A stretch of DNA of 64,000 nt from Stegostoma tigrinum (Eukaryota): assembly GCF_030684315.1 (NCBI RefSeq), contig NC_081392.1, forward strand, positions 9,159,113 through 9,223,112. Direction: 5' to 3'. The translations under genes were made by a program, and so were the position numbers. Each line of letters opens with the position of its first letter. Within the stretch, counting starts at the first letter, position 1. Below, piece after piece: positions 37,031-50,110 of this stretch. Below the pieces are notes generated by a model that saw only the letters and a program-made list of their open reading frames with translations, was not told the DNA's origin and did not search any database.

Positions 37031-37870
37031 ATGGAAAGGGACTATTGGAACCATTGTGGCTGTACCAGCCATTAGCACTTAGAGTCATGTGGAATGGAAA
37101 AACATCTTTCAGGCCTTCAGTAGGTGGATTATAGGGGAATGGGTCTGGGTGGGATGCTGTGAAAGTTGATGTGGACTTGTTGGGCCAAAGGGTCTGTTTC
37201 CACACTATAGGGATTCTATAATTTCTAACAACTTCCTCTGGCAGCTCCTTCCGTAGACGCACTACCCTCTACGTGAAAAAGTCACACTTTCAGTCCCTTT
37301 AAAATCTTGCCCCTCTCACCTTAAACCAATGCCCTCTAGTTTCGGACTCCCCTACCCTGGGGAGAAACATCTTCACTATTCACCCTATCCGTGTCCTTCA
37401 TGATTTTATAAACATCTACAAGGTCATCCCTCAGCCTCCGATGCTCCAGGAAAAATAGCCGCAGCCTATTCAGCCCCTCTGTATAGCTCAAACCCTCCAA
37501 CCCTCTCAAATTTCACAACATCCTTCCTCTAGCAGGGACGCTCGACAATTCTTGCCTCTCCAAGAGTAGATCAATTCTGTCCCCTCAGAATATTTTCCAT
37601 ACATTTCCCTACCTCTGATGTTAGACTCACTGGCCTGTAGTTTCCTAATTTATCCCTACAACTCCTCTTGAATAATGGTACCACTTAGTTGACTTTTCCA
37701 TTCAAAATTATCCTTAGAGCATCTGTAACCTCTTCTTTGCTTTTGATAGCAGCTATCTCCTCTAGGTCTGGGGTTTTATCTAGTTTTAAGCTGCTAAAAC
37801 TGGTAAGACCACTTCCCACTCAATGCTAATTTGTCCAAGCACATCACAAACTTGCTTTGAATTATATACC

Positions 37871-38118
37871 AGAGATAAGGGGAACTGCAGATGCTGGAGA
37901 ATCCGAGATAACAAAGTGTGGGGCTGGATGAACACAGCAGGACAAGCAGCATCTCAGGAGCACAAAAGCTGACGTTTCAGGCCTAGACCCTTCATCAGAG
38001 AGGGTCTAGGCCCGAAACGTCAGCTTTTGTGCTCCTAAGATGCTGCTTGTCCTGCTGTGTTCATCCAGCCCCACACTTTGTTATCTTGGATTCTCCAGCA
38101 TCTGCAGTTCCCATTATC
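37871..38118. mobile_element. Palindromic short PLE insertion with junction at the hammerhead motif
   Basis: Near-perfect ~120 bp inverted arms joined at CCCTTCATCAGAGAGGGTCTAGG; no clear TSD. Confidence 0.85.
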
Positions 38119-38164
38119 GCTGACTGGAGTAACCTGCTAGGTTTAAGAGTCGCATGCTGAGGGT

Positions 38165-39350
38165 CTAACCAAAGTAATAAGCAATCCAAAACTGTACAAA
38201 CTAATTAAAGTAGAGAGATCATAACAATTTATCAAGCCGATGGTGCCAAAACAGAACGGTAAGGATGGTTTTACAGATATAGAACAGTGTGGTGGGGTCA
38301 CATGCATTACCACATGGACGCAAGATCACAGTTGAGGCCATGTTTATGGGTACAGAGCTTGATTATCAGCCTCTGCTCGGTGACTCTGCATTGTTGTGTA
38401 TCTCCAAGACTGCCTCAGAGAATGTTTACCCGAAGATCCAAGCCCGAATGTCCTTGACCTCTGAAGTGTTCCCCCGGTGGGAGGGAACATTCCAGTCTGA
38501 CGATTGTTGCGCGATGTCCATTCGTCCGTTGTCATAGCATCTGCATGGCCTCACCAATACACCATGCCTCAGGGCATCCTTGCCTGCAGCGTATGAGAGA
38601 GACAACATTGGCTGAGTCACATGAGTCGCGCGGTGGGTGATGTTCCCATGTGTGATGGTCATGTCCATTGTCGAAGATCTGTCATGTCTCGCTGAGCTTG
38701 CCATGGCAGGGTTATGTAGTGTTGTGGTCGATGTTGTTCTGAAGGCTGTGAATGACGGTCTGTTTAAGGTTTGGCGGTTGTTTGAATGCGGGAAGTGGAG
38801 TTGTAGAGAAGATCTTGGCGAGATGCTCATTATCATTGATGACATGTTGCAGGCTGCAAAGAACATGGTGTAGATTTTCTGCTCCAGGGAAGTACTGGAC
38901 GACAAAGGGGACTCTATTGGTCGTACACCGTGTCTGTCTTCTGAGGAGGTCATTGCAGTTTCTCGCTGTGGCAAGTCAGAACTGGTGATCGATGAGTTGA
39001 GCATCGCACCCCTTCCTTATGAGGGTGTCCTTCAAAATCTTTAAGTGCCCGTTATGTTCCTCCTCATCCGAGCAGATCCTGTGTATGTGTAGGGCTTGTC
39101 CATTGGGGTTGGCTTCTTTAATATGTTTAGGATGGAAGTTAGGGAACAGCAGCATCATGAGGTTATCCATGGACATGTGGTCGAGTGAGGTACTGAGGTA
39201 TCTGTCCCTGATGGAGATGCGTGTGTCCAAAATTAGATTGATTCTGAAGAGTAATTCACGGTAAATCTGATGGTGGGATGAAACTTGTTGATATCACTAT
39301 ATAGTTGTTTCAGTGATTCCTCACTATGAGTCCAATTGAAGAAATTAATG
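38165..39350 (-). mobile_element. Penelope-like retroelement fragment (RT thumb plus GIY-YIG endonuclease), degenerate
   Basis: FPNFHPKHIKEANPNGQALHIHRICSDEEE, and a CDSANVVSLIRC..C..WCIGE..NGHR..EHF-type GIY-YIG region. Confidence 0.8.
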
Positions 39351-39518
39351 GAAGGGACTTATTATTCAGTAATCCACTCACACCATTTGTATGGTCTTTT
39401 TGTCCCTCTGCCCTTGATCTCTTTCTGCCAGTAAATTCCGTGGTCTGTTTGCTTCTCTCTCATTTCACCGGATAAAGGGGTTATAACCTGAAAGCTTGTG
39501 ATTTCAAATAAACCCGTT

Positions 39519-40115
39519 GGCAACTGCACCTCCCAGTCGCGAACCATTTCCATTCCCCCTCCCATTCTTTAGATGACATGTCCATCCTGGGCCTCCTGCA
39601 GGGCCACAATGAGGCCACCCGAAGTTTGCAGGAACAGCAACTCATATTCCGCTTGGGAATCCTGCAGCCCAATGGTATCAATGTGGACTTCACCAGCTTC
39701 AAAATCTCCCCTTCCCCCACCACATCCCTAAACCAGCCCAGTTCATCCCCTCCCCTCACTGCACCACACAACCAGCCCAGCCTGTCTCTGCCTCCCTAAC
39801 CTGTTCTTCCTCTCACCTATCCCTTCCTCCCACCTCAAGCTGCACCTCCATCTCCTACCTATTAACCTCATCCCACCTCCTTGACCTGTCCGTCTTCCCT
39901 GGACTGACCTATCCCCTCCCTACCTCCCCACCTATACTCCCCTCTCCACCTATCTTCTCCTCTAACCATCTTCGATCTGCCTCCCCCTCTCTCCCTATTT
40001 ATTCCAGAACCCTCTCCCCATCCCCCTTTTTCTGATGAAGAGTCTAGGCCCGAAATGTCAGCTTTTGTGCTTCTGAGATGCTGCTGTGTTTATCCAGCCC
40101 CACACCTTGTTATCT
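39519..40115 (+). mobile_element. Penelope-like 3' portion (same family as 150-835)
   Basis: MSILGLLQGHNEATRSLQEQQLIFRLGILQPNGINVDF, with a hammerhead-like motif at ~40033-40061. Confidence 0.8.
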
Positions 40116-40619
40116 CAGAACGTAACCTGCAGTTGAGTGACTTCTGATTTAATTAAAAATACTTTTGCATTTTCCTTTATTTTATTTTATTTTACCTGCC
40201 ATTATTCTTCAACTCCTGTCTTCATTTCTCTTTTAAGTAATGCCTGCACTTCTTGTAGTTTTAGGTTTCTGCTGTCTTGAGCTCTAAGCTTCCTTTATTT
40301 TCCTCCTCCCATCCTGTAAATCCTTTGACATCCAGGGTTCTCTAGACTTGTTGGCCCCACCGTTTATCTTTAAGGGAACGTGTTAGCCTGCACACTCACT
40401 GTTGTCTTTTTGAAAGTCTCCCCCTGTTTCAATGCAGATTTTCTGATAAGTGGCTGCTCCCAGATCCTGTTCTGTCCTATTAAAATTAGCCTGACCCCAC
40501 CTCAGATCCTTTACAAGGTCATAGGAATTCTACAGCATGGAAGCAGGCTATTTGGCCCATCAAGTCCACATCGACCCTCTGGGGAGTTCCCCCCCCCCAA
40601 CCTTTATTCATTTACAGGA

Positions 40620-40970
40620 TGAGAATATCGTTGGCCAGGCAGCATTTATTGTCCATTTTTAATTGCCCAGAGGGCAGTTATGAGTCAACCACATTGCTGT
40701 GGGTCTGGAGTCACATGTAGGTTAGACCAGGTCAGGATGGCAGTTTCCTTCCCTAAAGGACATTAGTGAATCAGATGGGTTTTTCCTAACGATCAACACA
40801 AGGTCATCATTACACTGTTAATTCCAGATATTTTATTGAATTCACATTCCACCATCTGCCTTCGTGGGACTCGAACCTGGTCCCCAGAACGTTTGGGGTG
40901 GTGGAGCGGGGTGGGGGGGTCGGTGTTGCTGGATTAACAGTAGTGATAATACCACTAGGCCATTGCCTCG
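40620..40970 (-). mobile_element. tRNA-derived SINE (SacSINE1-like, by recollection)
   Basis: Head GAGGCAATGGCCTAGTGGTATTATC..GGTTCGAGTCCC; related copies at ~34770-35196 and 49883-50110/52244-52360. Confidence 0.55.
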
Positions 40971-41019
40971 CTTCCCCTCCCCTCTCCCATAGCTAAACCC
41001 TCTAGCCATATTTCTGCTG

Positions 41020-41195
41020 TGTGTGGGCAACTTAGCACGGCCAAGCCACCCTAACCTGCACATCTTTGGACAGTGGGAGGAAACCCACGCAGACACAGGG
41101 AGAATGTGCAAACTCCACACAGACAGTCGCTCGAGGCTGGAATCGAACCAGGGTCTATCATGCTGTGAGGCAGCAGTGCTAAGCACTGAGCCACC
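41020..41195 (-). mobile_element. HE1-like V-SINE fragment
   Basis: GGTGGCTCAGTGCTTAGCACTGCTGCCTCACAGC...GGTTCGATTCC head. Further copies at ~41664-41940, 42560-42730 and 59175-59475. Confidence 0.7.
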
Positions 41196-43406
41196 CTCAC
41201 CCTTCACTTCCAGGCAAAGTTTGTCCTTTTCCATCACTAATTTAAATCCTGTTGAGTTATGCTCACTATTACCGAAATGCTCCTCCACTCAATCTTAGTT
41301 CCCTAAAATTACACTGTCCCCTGTCTTCTAGGACTTTTGATGTGCTGGAGTAAAAAGATCTCCTGAATAACTTTTTTTTCTAAGTTCAGAGCCTTTAAGT
41401 CTTTCATAGTTTGTCTATCCTAGTTAACATTGGACAAGTTAAAATTCCCTCTTATTTCCCTGTTGTTTTACAGAAACAAAACTTGCATATGTATCAGAAA
41501 ATTTCCATCACTCCCTTATTGTTTAAGGTGCTTATTTTAAATCAAGACTTTGTTATCTGCTGGAATAGGGCCACTGAATTCCCACAGAAAACTCAAAATG
41601 CTGACAGAGCTAGAATAGAAGAAACCCTTCCTGTCTACTGTGGAGGACCACACAATCTGTTGGGCTCGGTGGTTTGTGCTATTGCCTCACCGTGCCAGGG
41701 ACCTAGGTTCAATACTCAGCCTTTTGGTGTGGGTTTCCTCCAGGTGCTCCCTTTTCCTCCCACAATCCAAAGATGTGCAGGTTACGGGGGATTGGCGATT
41801 GCTAAATTGCCCCCATAGTGTCCAGGGATGTGCAGGCTGGGTGGGTTCACCATGGGAAATGCAGGAATAGTGCATGGGGAGAGTCAGTGTGGACTTGATG
41901 GGACAAATGGTGCCTTAGCACACCACAGGGATTCCATGATACATCAACCAATAAATCAGGACTTGGGATAACCTTGCAAAGACACAGATCTGCAGATTAT
42001 TAAGAGTATAGACTCCACGCAGCACGCTTGGCTACTTCTTGTTTTTAATTCTGTCCATCTGGCCTTATTTGAGAAGCTTCTAAACGGTTTTCCTCCTTAT
42101 TACCAATGATCAGTATTGCAACATGGCCACCTTTTGTTTTAATGCCATTCTGTCTTACCACAGGCAGAGAATGCCAATGGTTCATATCCTTCTGAACCAA
42201 GAGGTTTCTCCTCCTTTCAGTCCTAAAAGGCAACAACACAAAAACCACCGCAGCACAAAACCTTTACTTCTCCTTTTACCCTTGCTCATTTCATGATGAG
42301 GTCATGTTTTCTGATCCTAGAATCTTCTAGAATCTAAGGCATTCTACACGAACAAAACCCACGGCATCAACCATTTCTGCGGCTCAGGGTATTAAACCTT
42401 CAAGCACAAGTCGGCAGGTCCAGGGGATTCGTCACCACCCCATTCTGCTATTTTATCCAGTGCCATTTCTTAATTTTTAATGATTTGTTTCAGCTCCTCG
42501 CTCTTATTTAGCCCATCAGGTCCCCATTTTTTCCCAGAATTTTTGCCAGCTTAGGCAGATCGGCCGTGCTAAATTGCCCAAGGAGGTGCGGGTTGGGTGG
42601 ATTGGCCATGGGAAATGCTGGGTTACAGGAATAGGGTGAGGGTGAGTCTGGGTGGGATGCTCTTCAGAGGGTCAGTGTGGCCTAGATGGGCCGAATGTCC
42701 TGCTTCCACACTGTAGGGATTTGATGATGAAGAAAATGTGAGTTTAACGTCCCCTCACCTTATTCTCCATTATGTTTTCACCTGGATCTGTCGGAAATGA
42801 CCAACATTTTGTTACCTCTCTTGCTTGTCTGCTCCCGTATTGCCTTTCCTCTTCAAGTTCTCCTTTGCTGTATTCTGAGATCTTTCCAACTGTCAGGGTT
42901 TACTGTTCTTTGTGGCTACATTATTAGAGCTGTCTTCAAACTAATACTATTTCACAGATCTGCTCGCAGAAGCCTCGTACAAAAACATCAGGTCAAATGG
43001 CTGTCAGTAACCATCTGAGATTGATAAATCACAGTTGACTACTTTTGTCTATTGAAAACCAACTACAAATTTTAAAATGCTAAATAGCATACATTCTTAT
43101 GTAGTTCCCAATTTACTTTAGCCAACTTGTTACTTGTTGATAGAAGTCTCCTGTTCTGCACTTCACTGGATCACTGTCAAAGTTAGTATAAAACCCAAAG
43201 TTGGGAAGCCAGGTTCCAGGTATGTGTATAATGTCTCTGAGTGGGTTGATTAGAAAATATTGAAAATCCCACCATATTATGGTCACTCTTCCCCAGAGGC
43301 ACCTTTACTGCAAAGCTAATGCACCTTTTAACATTAGAGAAGGGACAGAATCTTCCCCTTTATTCCATATTTCATGCTCTATCTCTGAAACCAATTTGCA
43401 ATCTTT

Positions 43407-43606
43407 AAAATGAAAACGGAAATCACTGAAAAACCTTAGCAGGTCCGGCAGCATCTGTGGAGAGAAATCAGAGTCAATGTTTCGAGATTGAGTGGCTTTT
43501 CCTCGGAGCTCTGGACCCCAAACATTAACTCTGATTTCTCTCCATGGAATTTCTCTCCACAGTTGCTGCCAGGCAGGCTGAGCTTTTCCAGCCATTTTAA
43601 ATTTTG
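43407..43606. mobile_element. Palindromic insertion of a second short PLE-type family
   Basis: Inverted arms (GGCAGCATCTGTGGAGAGAAATCAGAGT vs ACTCTGATTTCTCTCC..TGCTGCC); TSD TTTGCAA(T/C)CTTT at 43395-43406 and 43607-43618. Confidence 0.65.
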
Positions 43607-43914
43607 TTTGCAACCTTTGATGTTGATTACTTAACCAAGAAAACATCTGCCACTATCCAAAATGGCTACCCTCCCAAATTCTTCCCCCATGGTTTGTAGA
43701 TGCTGGGACATTTTGATTCTGAGCCTGGGATCCGCACCCGGCATGCTTGAGGCTGTCATTAATAATGTCATTCACAGGCTGATCGAGACAAGGTCATCTT
43801 GTCTGCTTTGGAACATGCTATGAAACAGTTTGCAGTTCCAGAATTCCCAAGGTCTGTTTTCAAACTCTCGTTGTGTTCATGCGCAGAGACAATGGTGCAG
43901 CCTCCTGCCCTCTT

Positions 43915-44605
43915 CATAAAGTCATACAGCATGGAAATAGACTCTTTAATCCAACCGCTCCATACCAAACATAATCCCACCTGCCTGCTCCTGGCCCATA
44001 TCCCTCCAAACCTTTCCTATTCATGTACTTATCCAAAAGTCTTTTAAATGTTGTAATTGTGCCCACATCCACCACTTCCTCTGGACATTCATCTCACACA
44101 TGAACCACCCTCTAGGTACAGAATTTGCCCCCAATGTCTTTTTTTAAATCTCTCTCCTCTCACCTTAAAAATGTTCCCCCTAGTCTTGAAATCTCGCGTC
44201 CTAAGGGAAAGACACCTACCGTTAACCCTATCTATATACTTCAATTTTACAAATCTCTACAAGGTCACCTCTCAAACTCCTACACTCCAGTGAAAAAAGT
44301 CCCAGCCTATCCAGCCTTTTCTTTGTAACTCAAACCTTCCATACCCAGCAATATCCTGGAAAATCTCTTCTGAGCCCTCTCCAGCTTGATAATATCCTCC
44401 TGGGCGTCCAGAACTGGACACAGTGCTCCAGAAGAGGCCTCACCGACGTCCTGTACAACCTCAACATAATGTCCAAACTCTTATAGTCAAAGGACTGTGC
44501 AACGAAGGCAAGCATGCTAAATGTTATTTTAACCGCCCTGTCTATATCTGACACAAACTTCAAAGAATTATGTACCCGAACCCCTAATTCCCTCTGCTTC
44601 ACAAG
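43915..44605 (-). mobile_element. CR1 LINE 3' fragment
   Basis: RELGVRVHNSLKF..LRLYRTSVRPLLEHCVQFWTP and a CR1 3' tail. Confidence 0.85.
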
Positions 44606-46385
44606 TATTTACCATTAGGCTAGAATACTGCAAAATGAGTGGAAATACCTTGGCCTTTTGGGTCATTTGAACCAATCTAACACAGTGACAGTCAGGCAGC
44701 GAATGAATCTCACAGCACAAGAGGCCATTCAGTCCATCATGCCTGTACCATTGCCTTTTGTTCTCCCTACAATATTGAATCTTTCAAACGTGGGTCATGA
44801 ATGGAACAAAGTGTAGATCAGATGACTCCAAAGTTGGGTTCATATTATCATTAAAAGCATCTATTCCCTTCTCTGCAACATCACCTCTTTCAGCTCAAAC
44901 TCTCATCTATTCCATCTGGACTCTACCATACAAATCTACTCCAGGTTCCTTTAGAAACTTAAGAGTCAACCAAAACTCTACTGCCCTCATCTGAACTTGC
45001 AGATTTCAATCTCCAACGCCCCTATGCTTGCTGGCCTACATTGTTTGCAGTCACGTAACAATCACTTTTAAAACTCTCATCCCATATCAGACAGCATCTC
45101 TCTTTGGCTGCTCGCTAATGGCTGGTAGTGCTAGTAATAGCCAAACAGCCCACGCTTGCCACACGCTAAATTTGCTTCATGAGTCCAACATTAGATTCTA
45201 TTCTACAATTGGACATGTGCGAAAATTCTCATCTTCATTTTCAAGAGAGCACAACAACCCCGCTACTTCCTCAGGAGGCCAAGGAAATTCAGCATGTCGA
45301 CAAGGACCCTCACCAATTGTTATCAACACACCAAAGAAAACATTTTATCTGGACGCATCATGGCTTAGTCCATCAACTGCTCTGCCCAGGACTGTAAGAA
45401 ATTACAGACAGTTGTGAACACAGCCCGGACCATCACACAAACCAACCTCCCATCCACTTCTCCTTGCCTCGGGAAGGCAGCCAACATCATCTAAGACTCC
45501 TCCCATCCCGGTTATAATCTCTTCCAACCTCTTCTGTCAGGCAGAAGATACACGTGCCAACAGATTCAAGAACAGCTTCTTCCCTACTGTTATTAGACTT
45601 CTGAATGGGCCTCTCAAATAGAATGCTGATCTCAGTTTTTTGGGCCTTCCCTGCAGCTGTAACATTGTACTCATTGCTCTGTTCTATTACCCTAATGTAC
45701 TTTGTATGGTATGATCTGCCTGGTCTGCATGCAAAACAAAACTTTTCACTGTCACTGTCACAAAGTTCTGAGGAAAGGTCACCGGACCCAAAACGTTAAC
45801 TCTGTATTTTCTTTCACAGATGTTGTCAGACCTGATCTTTTCCAGCAAATTCTGTTTTGATTCCTGATTTATATCATCCGCAGTTCCTTTGATTTTTAAA
45901 ATTTTTCACTGTACCTGGGTACTTGACAATAATAAATCAAATTTAAAAAAAAAACCTTCGTATCCTTGACCCTCCCTATCTCTGAAACCACCTTGGAACC
46001 CTCCAGGCTATCAATTCAGCGGCAAAGGCCGTAAGCCCCAGAATTCCCTCCCGAATCCTCTCCATCAATTTTCTTCTTCCCCTAAGACATCTCAAAAACC
46101 TCCTCTTTCAGTGAATTTTTGCTCACCTGCCTTACCACTGCCTGACAAGGGCACAGTGACAGATGTTTCTGTATAACACATGGTCTTACTAAGTGAAAGG
46201 TGCTACTTAAATGCAGGCTGTGTTTGTTTTTAAAAACTCTGTAGATTTTAGGAGGAGCAAGGACTTAAAGTAGTAAACAGTCCCCCTATGTTTTACTGCT
46301 AGGAAGGTTGGAGGGGTTTCAATTTTAAAGTAAAACCAGGGAACAGTGATTACAACTTCAGAAACATGCATTTATAATCCAAACC

Positions 46386-46391
46386 TTTATT
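46386..46391 (-). terminator. GEMIN7: Probable GEMIN7 polyadenylation signal
   Basis: AATAAA ~230 nt after the stop. Confidence 0.55.
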
Positions 46392-46621
46392 GCATTTTGA
46401 GTACAGTTTGTTTTTAAATGAAAGATCAGTTTGTTTGAGTGACCAACACCAGTGAACTGTGTACCACACCTCAGTCTGTCAGTAATCTTCACCCAGAGAA
46501 AAAAGCGCAAATCCTTATATTTCTTCATTCGGTTTTGTTGGTGTGGCTCAGACTTGACTTGGAATGAACCAGAGCAATGAAAGGGATTCAAATCTCTGTG
46601 CTCATGAACAGTGAGGTCAGA

Positions 46622-46993
46622 TTAAAGGTTAAACGCATAGGCAATGATGTCTGGGCATCTCAACAGTGCTTCCTTCTGAATGCCCAATGGCGTCTGCAAG
46701 TGAGAGACCTGGAAGTTCAGGATGTCGATGTCTGAAGCCGCGAACATGGCAGTGACGGAGACCCTCTCGTACATAGTGAAGTCCACAGTCTTCCCCGCCA
46801 TCACCATCAGGCTGCGCAGGAAGCGCTCCCGAAGGGTAGACCGCGACTGCTGCTCCTCCTTGAGACAACCGTTGTTTGAGGCTTGGATGGAGGACGGGGC
46901 CAAGGCGTGATACCGTGGTGATGTCGGATCGAAGCCTCTGCTATGCCCGTTGGGACCCCTGGGCAGTCGTACAACTGACACTGGCGTAGCCAT
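46622..46993 (-). CDS. GEMIN7: Gem-associated protein 7 (SMN complex), single coding exon, 123 aa
   Basis: MATPVSVVRLPRGPNGHSRGFDP..EEQQSRSTLRERFLRSL..FQVSHLQTPLGIQKEALLRCPDIIAYAF. An acceptor lies just before the ATG, so the longer ORF call is intron read-through. Confidence 0.95.
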   Translation of the reverse strand: MATPVSVVRLPRGPNGHSRGFDPTSPRYHALAPSSIQASNNGCLKEEQQSRSTLRERFLRSLMVMAGKTVDFTMYERVSVTAMFAASDIDILNFQVSHLQTPLGIQKEALLRCPDIIAYAFNL

Positions 46994-48004
46994 CTGAAGG
47001 AACTGTGTGGGAATAAATACAGAATGCATGGGAATCAGAGGGTCAGCAGGGACTGCAATCATCATTAAAGTCAGCACAAACAGACCGAGACGAGCCTTCT
47101 GTTCAAAGCTGAACATGCCAACATTCATGCGTCCCTGGTAATTCCCCACTCACAGCCTCCCTTGTCCTGGAATTCCCCACAAGGGTCACTGCATTGATGG
47201 GTATCTGAGCACACCAGGTGACACAGCCAGACTGAATATGGGATCTTACTTTTCTCTTTAGTTCACTGCTAAGTTTCACTCCATTCATCCTGACCAAGGT
47301 GATGGCTTCATCCATCACCCACCACTCCCCCCACCCCCACCCCACCAGTACAAACTCCCACAGACCCCTGCGAGTGATTCCCCACCCCATCATTCAGACA
47401 GCCCATAGCATCTCCCCTTTCCCCAAAGATTCGCAGGAGACACCTCTCCACCTATCATCCTACTCCTCAAAGCTCTTCCTCTCAGAGCTGCCTCTCTCCC
47501 ACCCTCCGCTCTATTCATTCCTGTGCCCCTCCCTTCACCCTCTCATCCCTCCTTCATTCCCTCTTTCTGTTTCTTCTGTTCTTTCCTGCTCCCCAACTCC
47601 AACTCTCCACACACCCCACCTCCTCTTGTCTCCCATTTGTTCCTCGTCACTCAGTCAACCTCTCTCTCCCCTTTCTCATCCTCACCAGTCCTTGCCTTCC
47701 CACCCTCCCCTCCACCACCATCCATCCTGTCTGCTCCACCTCTTCTCTCTCTCCCTTCATCTTGCCCCTTCCCACTCCCTCTTGCCTTGTCAACTGCCTC
47801 TCTCCCCTCAAATCCTGTTCTCCCACACCTCCCCCTTTAACTCCACACTCCTACGTTCCCCTCCACCTCTCCTTCTGTCCCCCTTCATCTTTCCTTTCTT
47901 CCATCCCTCTTTCTTTCCTTCCTTCCTTCCCAACCTCCTCCTTATCTCACCTCTCTGACTCTCTACTCCCTCCATTTTTTTTAATAACAAGTTCCCTGCC
48001 TCTG

Positions 48005-48240
48005 AATCGCTGCCGGAAAACCCAGGGGCCAGACCCGAGCCTGGAATCACTGCAACATTCCGCCTGCATGGGGGAAGCCGGGGGACACTATTCCAGGTGA
48101 CACGAAATCCCTGCTCCTCGCGGGACGTCCCTGAACATTTGTTCCGGCCCCGTGCTGCGCCCCCCTGTGGCCGCCGCGGGGGACTGTCGCTGCGGCGCCT
48201 CCATCGGCAGCAGCGGCACGTGACCTGGCTTCTTCAGCCA
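48005..48240 (-). promoter_or_regulatory. CpG island, probable GEMIN7 promoter/first exon
   Basis: CpG-rich patch ~1 kb upstream of the CDS with CCGGAA and CACGTGAC motifs. Confidence 0.6.
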
Positions 48241-48258
48241 ATGATCCAGGGACCAGAG

Positions 48259-48403
48259 ACGGCCAAGTGTGGAGCTGGATGAACACAGCAGGTCAAGCAG
48301 CATCTCAGGAGCAGAAGAGCTGATGCTGCTGGGCCTGTTGTGTTCATCCAGCCTCACACTGTGTTACCTCGGATTCTCCAGCATCGGCAGTTCCCACTAT
48401 CTC
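48259..48403. mobile_element. Palindromic short PLE insertion
   Basis: Inverted arms; direct repeat TGATCCAGGGACCAGAG at 48242-48258 and 48404-48420. Confidence 0.85.
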
Positions 48404-48566
48404 TGATCCAGGGACCAGAGCAGGTTATCGTATCAGCTCCCGGCACATGGCTATCACTGGCTGGGCCGCCATTAATGGCCTGTCCCTATTTGCCCCTTGA
48501 GGAGGTGGTGGTGAGGTGCCCCTTGTGAACTGCTGCCATCCATGCCCTGTTATGGGAAGGACATTA

Positions 48567-49000
48567 TGCAACTCATATCCCACCTGGGAACCCTGCAGCC
48601 CAATGGTATCAATGTGGACTTCACCAGCTTCAAAATCTCCCCTTGCCCCACTGCATCCCAAAACCAGCCCAGCTCGTCCCCGCCTCCCTAACCTGTTCTT
48701 CCTCTCACCTATCCCCTCCTCTCACCTATCCCCTCCTCCCACCTCAAGCCACACCTCCATTTCCCACCTACCAACCTCATCCCGTCTCCTTGACCTGGCC
48801 GTCCTCCCTGGACTGACCTATCCCTTCCCCACCTCCCCACCTATACTCGCCTCTCCAACTATCTTCTCCTCTATCCATCTTCGGTCCACCTCCCCCTCTC
48901 CCCATCCCCCTTTTCTGATGAAGGCCCGAAACATCAGCTTTTGTGCTCCTGAGATACTGCTTGGCCTGCTGTGTTCATCCAGCCTCACACTTTGTTATCA
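48567..49000 (+). mobile_element. Penelope-like 3' portion with internally deleted hammerhead
   Basis: Same family as 150-835; CTGATGAAGGCCCGAAACATC. Confidence 0.75.
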
Positions 49001-50110
49001 TGAAATTGGAGCATGCTCGGAAAACTTTTACCTGGATGTTGCCAGGAATGGAGGGTTTGAGTTATAAGGATGGGCTGGCATGTTTATCACTGAAGTGTGG
49101 GACGTTGAGGGTGACCTTATAGAGGTTACTAAAAATCATGAGGGGTGTGGATACAGAGGTCTTTCCCCAGGGTAGAGGAGTTTAAAACTCAGGGACATGT
49201 TTTTAAGGTGAGAGCAGAAAGGTTTAACAGGGACCTGAGGGGCAACTTTTTCATAGAGAGGGTGGTTGACGGATGGAATGAACTGCCAGAGGAAGTGGTA
49301 CATGGCGGTACAGTTCAACATTTAACAGACATTTGAACAGGTACATGAGTGGGAAAGGTTTATAGGGATACCGGCCAAATGAAGGCATGCGGGATGTGTT
49401 TTAGTTTAGGAAACTTGGTCACCATGGATGAGTTAGACTGAGGGGTCTGTTTCCATGCTGTATGATGGTGTGACCACATCTGCTGCAGGTGGACCCACAA
49501 TTTCATTCCAGGCTTCTGACCCAGCGACACTGAAGGAACGGCGACGTATTTCCAAGGTGGGATGGTGAGTGGCTTGGCAGGAACATGCTGGGGCTGGTGT
49601 TCCCATTTATCTGCTGCCCTTGTCCTTCGAGATGGTTGAAGTCACAGGTTTGGAAGTCGCCGTGGAAGCAGCCTTGGTGAATTGCCGAAGTTCCCCTTGT
49701 AGATAGTATACGCTGCTACTGCTGCTGTGTGTCAGTGGTGGAGGGAGTGGATGTGGTACCAGTCAAGTGGACTGCTTTGTCACGGATCATATTGAATTTC
49801 CTGAATGTTGTTGCAGGTGCATTTAACCAGGCATTTGGGGAATATTCCATCACATTCCTTACTTGTACTTTGTAGATGGGGAGAGGCAATGCCCTAGTGG
49901 TGTTATTGCTGGACTGTTAATCCAGGCATGCAGATAATGTTCTGGGGACCCGCGTTCACATCCTGCCATGGCAGATGGTGGAACTTGAATTCAATAAAAG
50001 TATCTGGAATTAAGAATCAAATGATGAACATGATTCCATGATCGATTGTTGGGAAAAACCTATCTGGTTCACGAATGTCCTTTAGGGAAGGAAACTGCCA
50101 TCCTTACCTG

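Noticed and set aside
43778-43851. Possible orphan + strand exon (ADRDKVILSALEHAMKQFAVPEFP)
   Set aside because: It has AG/GT ends, but the donor is weak, I recognise no homology and no partner exons could be joined.
46994-47149. 52 aa N-terminal extension of the GEMIN7 ORF
   Set aside because: GEMIN7 similarity begins at MATPV, which is immediately preceded by a splice acceptor; the extension is intron read-through.
47299-47958. 219 aa Pro/Ser/Leu-rich ORF
   Set aside because: Low-complexity pyrimidine tract in the presumed GEMIN7 intron.
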